DNA of 64,000 bases from Phoronis australis (taxonomy: Eukaryota > Animalia > Phoronida): positions 130,728 through 194,727 of the forward strand of contig NMRA01000425.1 in the NCBI GenBank assembly GCA_002633005.1, in the 5' to 3' direction. Under the pieces are notes generated by a model. That model saw nothing but the letters and a program-made list of their open reading frames with translations, was not told the DNA's origin and searched no databases. The first letter of the stretch is position 1, and each line of letters opens with the position of its first letter. Made by a program: the position numbers and the translations under genes. Positions 57,570 to 64,000 of the stretch are shown one piece after another.

Positions 57570-58710
57570 CGTATGCTTGCCCCCTCCTTGAAATACAGCA
57601 GCACAACCATAGACACCACAACAGCACACCCTTTGACGGAGATTTACACTACGGAAGTAGAACCCAACTAATATGTGATAGAACACTACCGTTGATTTCG
57701 GCACCAAAATCGCAAATTGGTTAGAAAAAGTAAACCACGCCATTCTCAATTAAATATAAAACAAGGTATTTACAGTAAAATAGTTCTGTTTGATCTGTGC
57801 AGCTATTCTCACCACAGATATGACCACCCATCAGCTAATATATTTCATACACGGAATGAATTAACAGAGTTCCTTTGTGTTCCACTGACCGTGTTTCACT
57901 TAAAAATTCGACTCTACGACGATACTGCTCGACGTTATTTTTATCATTGAATCCGTGTATTCTTCCCTGTTAGCATATTTCACTGCTCGAATAAAATTAT
58001 TATCTGTTCAAGGCACCTAAACTTCCTTGCGGCCTGGCCGAGCACAAAAATGTTTTCTCGAGCACTTTATTCCCCTCTCACGGATGTATATTCTCCTATC
58101 ACACCAATTTTTGCGTCCTTTGGAAATATTTCTTTGCTGGCGCACGAAGTAATCCAACTCCTGTTATTATTCCTTGCACACGAAAGCTTTTCTATGCCTT
58201 CGCACGCCTTTCCCTTCTCTCGTGCCACTTCGCACAAGTCAACTGTGAATAGTCTCCACGTGTAAACACATGAACGCCAGTTTTAAACTGGACCATTTCA
58301 CAACCGTACTAAAAACAAAAAAGCATAAAAGATATTCTGTGTGTTAAGAATACGGTAACTGGAAACTTGCTTTGTGGTGATTAATATTGCTGTGATCCCA
58401 TGAGCACAAATATTGATAACGTAACGTTAAATTTTAAATGGAATTTGATATATTCCTTGGATAACATTCACAATTTTTAGTGGAAAAAAAGACAATTCGT
58501 ATTTGATTTTAGGATATTCAAATAATTCCTTGAGAAAAATGAAACAACAACCGAGAATAGACCAGTATCTCGATCGATGAGATAGTCAGTGAGCGGAAAC
58601 AAGCATCCGGGGCACAGAATAATATGCGGGAGCAGGATTCGTCTGCGCGTGAGCAAACAAATATGACCGTCAGACGCGAAAATAGTGTAGCAGAGATAAT
58701 ATCCGTCACT
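57570..58710 (-). pseudogene. Possible decayed gene for a Cys-rich secreted or membrane protein
   Basis: Exon-like blocks after cag/tag acceptors: hydrophobic plus Cys block at 58563..58708; DLCEVAREKGKACEGIEKLSCARNNNRSWITSCASKEIF... at about 58089..58242; KCSRKHFCARPG with stops; LLWCLWLCCCISRRGQAYEKLE* near 57556..57648. Confidence 0.3.
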
Positions 58711-59229
58711 GTGAGAGGAATAACGTGTGTGAGAGAGTTTTGTTTGCGGGCAGGGACGTATAGGTGGCTCTCAACAACTGGAAGCGAGTTCGCCCTGACT
58801 AACGGCTGAGACTGTATAAATAAAAAGTAAATAAAATGAAATAAGTGTCCGATTTCTTCGTCCTACCCTATTAATAACTGCTCTGTGGCGGTTTGTAGGT
58901 CAACAAATAATTTATTTTTCCACTTTTCATTGTCGTGATTTTACAAGTGAAAAGAAAAATCACTTGTCTGCAAAACATGGGCTGCAAATAAAATGCCTCA
59001 ACTTATGCGCATTTACGGGAAGTCGCGAACAGGGAAACAAACTCAATTTTAATTAACGTCTGAACTTCCACCATCTTTGCTCCAGTCTTCCATACTTTTC
59101 AATCTTTTGCACTTATATGCTTTGCACCTGAGGTTTTACTTTCAGAACACTTCATAACATGTGTAAAAATACGAGTGAATTGCCTCGACGGATATAATCT
59201 ATAGATCAGCGTACTATAAGGGGCATCGA

Positions 59230-60090
59230 GTTGTGCCTAACTGCTGATTGGGGATATTTCCACCACCTACCTGTAAAAATCATTGAAAAATGTGGGAATT
59301 TCAACCCCGAGCGTCCCACGACTATAACACGGATCGAGTTCGTACCTATACTACTTTGTGGAGGGGTTCACTGCAATTATCCAGGCTACATGTATCTTTC
59401 AGTAGATCCTGATATTTCACATAATTACGATTAGTTTTAACTGATTTTGTTTTTACACCAGTGGATTACTTATGGCTTCCAACGGGCCGTGGTTGTCGTG
59501 GCATATCTATCCCACGTAGGCCTACGTCTTCGTAAGATGACCAGCCTACAGCTTTCTCCAACCGGAGTAATCTTGCCGCGAGTAGCCAAACCTTGTGACA
59601 ATCGGGTACATGACGGAGAAAAAGTGACTGTGACCGCTGGTGGAGACACTGGTGTAGAGCTCTTGTATTTCGTGTTATCGACTGTTGGCGTCTAAAGAGC
59701 AGACGCCTTGCGACCTTTGACCCATAATAACACCGACAGTGTGGTCTGTAGACTCTGGCAGAATAGTTGGAACTTGTCCAGTGGAAGGAGGTGGCGTGTG
59801 TGTTGTACTCGTGGAATGTAATCAGTGTTCTGTGGGAAAATGGTGAGGAAGAAATGACGGTCTTTAGCGGATTGTAAGTTTGTTTTATTTCTTTTGGCAT
59901 TGATCATTTTCGCTGGGAAGTTGTGTAAACTACGATCGGGCTTTTCAATTTCAGGTCTGGGTCTGATATAACTGATTGTCCCAGACCGAGTGTCTGCTGG
60001 TGCAGGTCGGTCACGCCACCGTGGAATTCCTTCACGATACAACTTCCTGAATGTTGCAGTCAGTGTCTGAGTGTGACAGTTTCCCAAATT
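59230..60090 (-). mobile_element. Highly decayed Ty3/gypsy- or Ginger-like integrase remnant
   Basis: In order across shifting frames: IVKEFHGG..H, DQCQK, YNPLKTVISSSPFSH, YPIVTRFGY, AVNPSTK*YRYEL, following the layout of retroviral-type integrases (Zn finger, core, STxxSPYEL). Confidence 0.45.
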
Positions 60091-61579
60091 GGTTCAGGTG
60101 CACCCTAGGAACCAGTGAAATACCTGCTGGTCCTATAGGTGCACCGTACTTGCGACTGGCAAACTTGCTGGGGGCACTAGCATAGGGGATCCTAGACAGT
60201 GTCACCGTCTCAACTAGCACTGGTATGGCCATCCCATAGGCCCTTCATACGCCAGAAGCTTTTCAGCTTATTTTGCCTTACACTGATTAAACCATCATTG
60301 TTACATGTACCTTATGCTCATAGAGACCTTAGGAGGCTGTTAATGTAGAGTAAATACGGTAGGTCCCTCTTCAAAATGGTTACCGGGAACCAGTTTTACC
60401 CGAATAACAGACAATGTTAGTACTCAGTAATAACTGGTTCCCTTCCAACTGGAACAAATACTCCCGTAATCAAACTTTTTTTGAGCAGTCCTTTGTTCAG
60501 TTGCTCAAATCGGCAACTGGCCATTTTTACTCTGCTCGTGCTAGGAGATATGACTCCTGGCGCAAACATAATCTATTTTCATTGGAATATACCATAAATG
60601 TTCAACAATCTTGTTAACTTTTCTAAAATGTCATTTCATTTTAGTTTTATGCAGTTTGAAAGATTTTTTATGAAAATTGCAAAAAATCTTTGTTTCTTGA
60701 AATCCCTTCGTGGTAAAGTCAGAATTTTAAAAACAAGTCCTAAAAGATCTTTTGAGGCAAGTACATAAAGCATCGTACCTGAAGGTCTCTCATGAATCCA
60801 ATTGGCCACTTGAAATGTGATATTCCGAAGTCAGCCAAATTTGGCCATTTTTATGGCCTTAAGATTTAAACAACCGTATCCAGCAAGTTAATTCATTAAT
60901 GCAACATACAGGTAAGTAATTTTTTTCTCAGTGGTATCTTTATCTATGATCTCGAGGGAGCTTAAAGTTAATTAAATACTAACCAGTAGCGATGTCTGGA
61001 ATTCAAATACTGTAACCAAGAAACCCAACGGAATCAAATTTAACTGGTTTTAAGGCTATGTAGGACATTACAGTCAAGTCTGTATTTAGCCAAATATCAG
61101 ATCTACAAAACTAGATTTTACTCAGTAAAATTATGTATTTTCTTGTAGTAGAAAATGGGTAGAATTTCATTTTTGACTTGATACGACTCTGCCATTAACT
61201 GGATCACGTGATATTTCTTTTTAGTAAAATATAGCATCAAAGTGAGATATATTCATATCAAAACAATGACACCAGTAACATGACTAACCATGTAAAAATT
61301 CAAGATGAAATTTCAAAAATGCTGTTACAGTTTTCTGAATTATCGCTTCCTTTTCGTTTATGCAACGTGTGATTTTTTCTGTAAAGATCATGAATGTGGT
61401 ATTTTTGGTAGCCTCTCATGCAAAAGAATATAACAATCTAAAAAGTTTCCATCATCACTTTGGAGTGCATAAAGTATAGTTACTGGAAGTTTCATGTGAA
61501 TCTAATCAGCCATTTTTGAGATATGATGTTTTGAACTTAGCCAAATTTGCACATTTTTGGAGGGTCCTGCGAAACCTAG

Positions 61580-61790
61580 TGCCCATTCTTAGAAAGCTGA
61601 CTTAGCTAAGACAAATCTTAACTGCAGGAAATTTAAGATAAAACTTAATTTGTCATAAGTCTGTTTCAAGAAAGTGATGTTTTAAGTTTGACTTTAAGTT
61701 TTGAATTAGAAGTTTCAAAGTTGGAGATTGAGACAAATCTTAGGTGCAAGTAAAAAATGAACTGAAGTTGGTTGCTTGGAATGGGTGCCT
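61580..61790. mobile_element. Harbinger-like MITE (decayed)
   Basis: gcccattcttagaaagctgacttag / agttggttgcttggaatgggt imperfect TIRs with internal cttaa motifs. Confidence 0.45.
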
Positions 61791-63167
61791 AGTTTACTTT
61801 TATGGTTCTGAGATAATGATCTAACTCCACTGTTGTAACGGCCTACGTACGTACTTGTCGACCTATGTACGTACTTGTCTTCATGATAGAAATAGCCATG
61901 TCGTTATTGGAATTGTGTGCTCTATATATTTGGCTTTATTTGGAAAGTTAGGAATATAGGCCCATAGGCCTACTTTTGGAACCACAATTATTTTTTTATG
62001 GCTGGTAGAGTTGCCCAAAATGAGCAATCATGGTGGGTACACAAGACTTTTTGAGACACGATACAGAGTTACTGTTTATTACAGCAAGTTTTTGACTTAT
62101 CTACAAAGTAAACTTCAAGAGGCAGTGAGCCCCTACCCATGTGATGATAGAAAACTGAGATCGTGTTTTTGGTGATTTCTGTTGACTTTGTTGTTAAAAT
62201 TTCATTGTTTTGCTAAAAAAAACGTGTGTTCTAGTTAGTGTTGAGACCTGAGAGATGTTTGATCTCACTTGTATGTTTTGCTTTTATGCTTTAAATATTG
62301 AAGCAAAGACAAGAAGTTTTAACAAAGCTTTAAAAAACTTTTCATAGGTTTAAAACAAACTTAAAACAACTTGTTGCAAGCATTTTTCTGCTTCTGATTT
62401 CAAAGTCTATAAGCAAAATTGGTAAATCTGGGGTGGGGGGGGAGGGAGGGGGGCATTTTGCAACTTAGCTTGTGCTTAATCCGAATTCTACAGTGCTATT
62501 GAGGTTACTCTATATCTTTATCTCAAAAAGCTTTTGAAAATTTGAAGTGTGAGATAAGATAAATTAACCCTCATGCTATTATGTTGGGTTGAGTTTCTAA
62601 ATATAGTGTGATAATATTTTGTACGCTAATACTTTTTGTTACAAAACTTTGTTGGTATCCTGTTCAGTTGAGACTTTTGTCAGCTATTTTGTGTTAGCAA
62701 CATTAGCTTTGTGTCTACTGGAAATGAATTTAGTAAGTTTAAAAGCCTTCAGTATACTGTAGATTCCTTCACCCAAAGCCTGTTATATCCCACCTCACAC
62801 AAGAATCAGGGCATTGATAGTCATTTATGCAATGCAATTAACAAGTACAAGCCTGGGGCCTGATAATGGTGCTGATCCTGTGTATTTGAGAAACCCAGAA
62901 ATATTCCTGGAAAAATACAAAAAATTGCTTGAAAAATAGGGATTTTTTGTACCAGTTATCACATGGAACAACACTAACACCAGATAATCCTTGTAACATT
63001 TGACTAGGACAATAGCACAGCATACACAGTTCCATTTAACAACAGAATGACTGAAGAGATTTCCCCAGCTTTACCCCCAGTCTATTCAGGGCTCACTGCA
63101 CATAATCCAGACAGCAACCACTGTGATGAGTGGTGACAGGTATTAGTCTTAAAATCTGTTAGGTGAT

Positions 63168-63875
63168 ACGGTAAAGTCGCGTGATTTTCGGACACTGAAA
63201 ATTAATTCCAATAGAAAAAATTCATTCTTGGACGAATCTCGCGAAACATCATTTCTGTGGTGTCCGAATTTGGCGGACCTCCAAATTTGGGTTTCCGCTA
63301 GTGTCCGAATTTCGTGAGTGTACATTATTTCGATGAGCGGTCGTAATATCAACATTGCTGGCTCGTTCATTTGATAGCAGTACAATTGCAGGTAAATGAG
63401 ACTCAAATGGTCTGCGCGATTAATTTTTGAAAATCTGGCTTTCCCAATAAGAAATGTGCGCTGTCGACGCACAAGACCGTTCCCGACAAGTGTTGGTTCT
63501 TCTTTTCAAAGATGCGCTTTCTCAATATGAAATATTCGGCTTGCATTGCCGATGCTCAAAAACCGTTCTCGGCAAGTGACGGAATCTTTTCAAAACTGCG
63601 CTATCTCACTTGAAATATCGGGCTGCGTTGTGAAAAAAGAGTCTTCCTGGTGACAAATATGGGCTTTCCAATGAGTGGGTCTGGTTTGCGTTGTTGACGC
63701 GCATGAAACGCTGCAGACAGCTGATTCTCTTTCGTAAAAATTCGTTTTCTCAATAAAAAAATGTCGAGTTTGCGCTGTCAACGCATTGTTTCCCAATAAA
63801 AAGCTGGACTTGCGTATTCGACGCACAAAGAGGGTTCCCGACCACTGATCTAAACATGCGCTTTCTCAATTTTAA
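63168..63875. mobile_element. DNA-transposon remnant (Tc1/mariner-pogo-like end) with internal duplication
   Basis: TA|CGGTAAAGTCGCGTGATTTTCGGACAC start with inverted gtgtccgaa motifs; tttcccaataa...tcgacgcacaa...gttcccgac...atgcgctttctcaat occurs at about 63440 and 63790. Confidence 0.4.
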
Positions 63876-64000
63876 CGAATTTTGCATTAAACGTAACAGT
63901 AATGGATGTGGGATCGATCGAGTTCAATGAAGAAAGTGATGAACAATGACGAGAACATAGCATATATTTATGTTTGTTAAACGTATCCATGCATTGTCTG

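Overview
AT-rich, repeat-rich, intron-containing animal genomic DNA. A marine invertebrate, probably lophotrochozoan, is my inference from gene content and repeat types; the species cannot be determined. Two multi-exon genes on the minus strand can be spliced by hand with consistent phases. The first is a class-A-type (metazoan) chitin synthase: 11 well-supported exons at 7712..20764, one or two uncertain 5' exons, all catalytic motifs intact, no myosin motor domain visible. The second is an RPRD2-type CTD-interacting-domain gene: 9 exons at 36553..52697, about 1172 aa. A probable first exon of a secreted IgGFc-binding-N-like protein lies at 2152..2360, and a decayed Cys-rich gene may lie at about 57570..58710. 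Introns and intergenic DNA hold many MITEs (several with CA..TG ends and 5-bp TSDs), tRNA-derived SINE-like cassettes, a Helentron/HINE-like element, decayed RTE-X-like LINE, Bel/Pao and gypsy-like remnants, foldback palindromes and minisatellites. I see no clearly new biological system. The most unusual items are in transposon architecture and in the 5' end of the chitin synthase.
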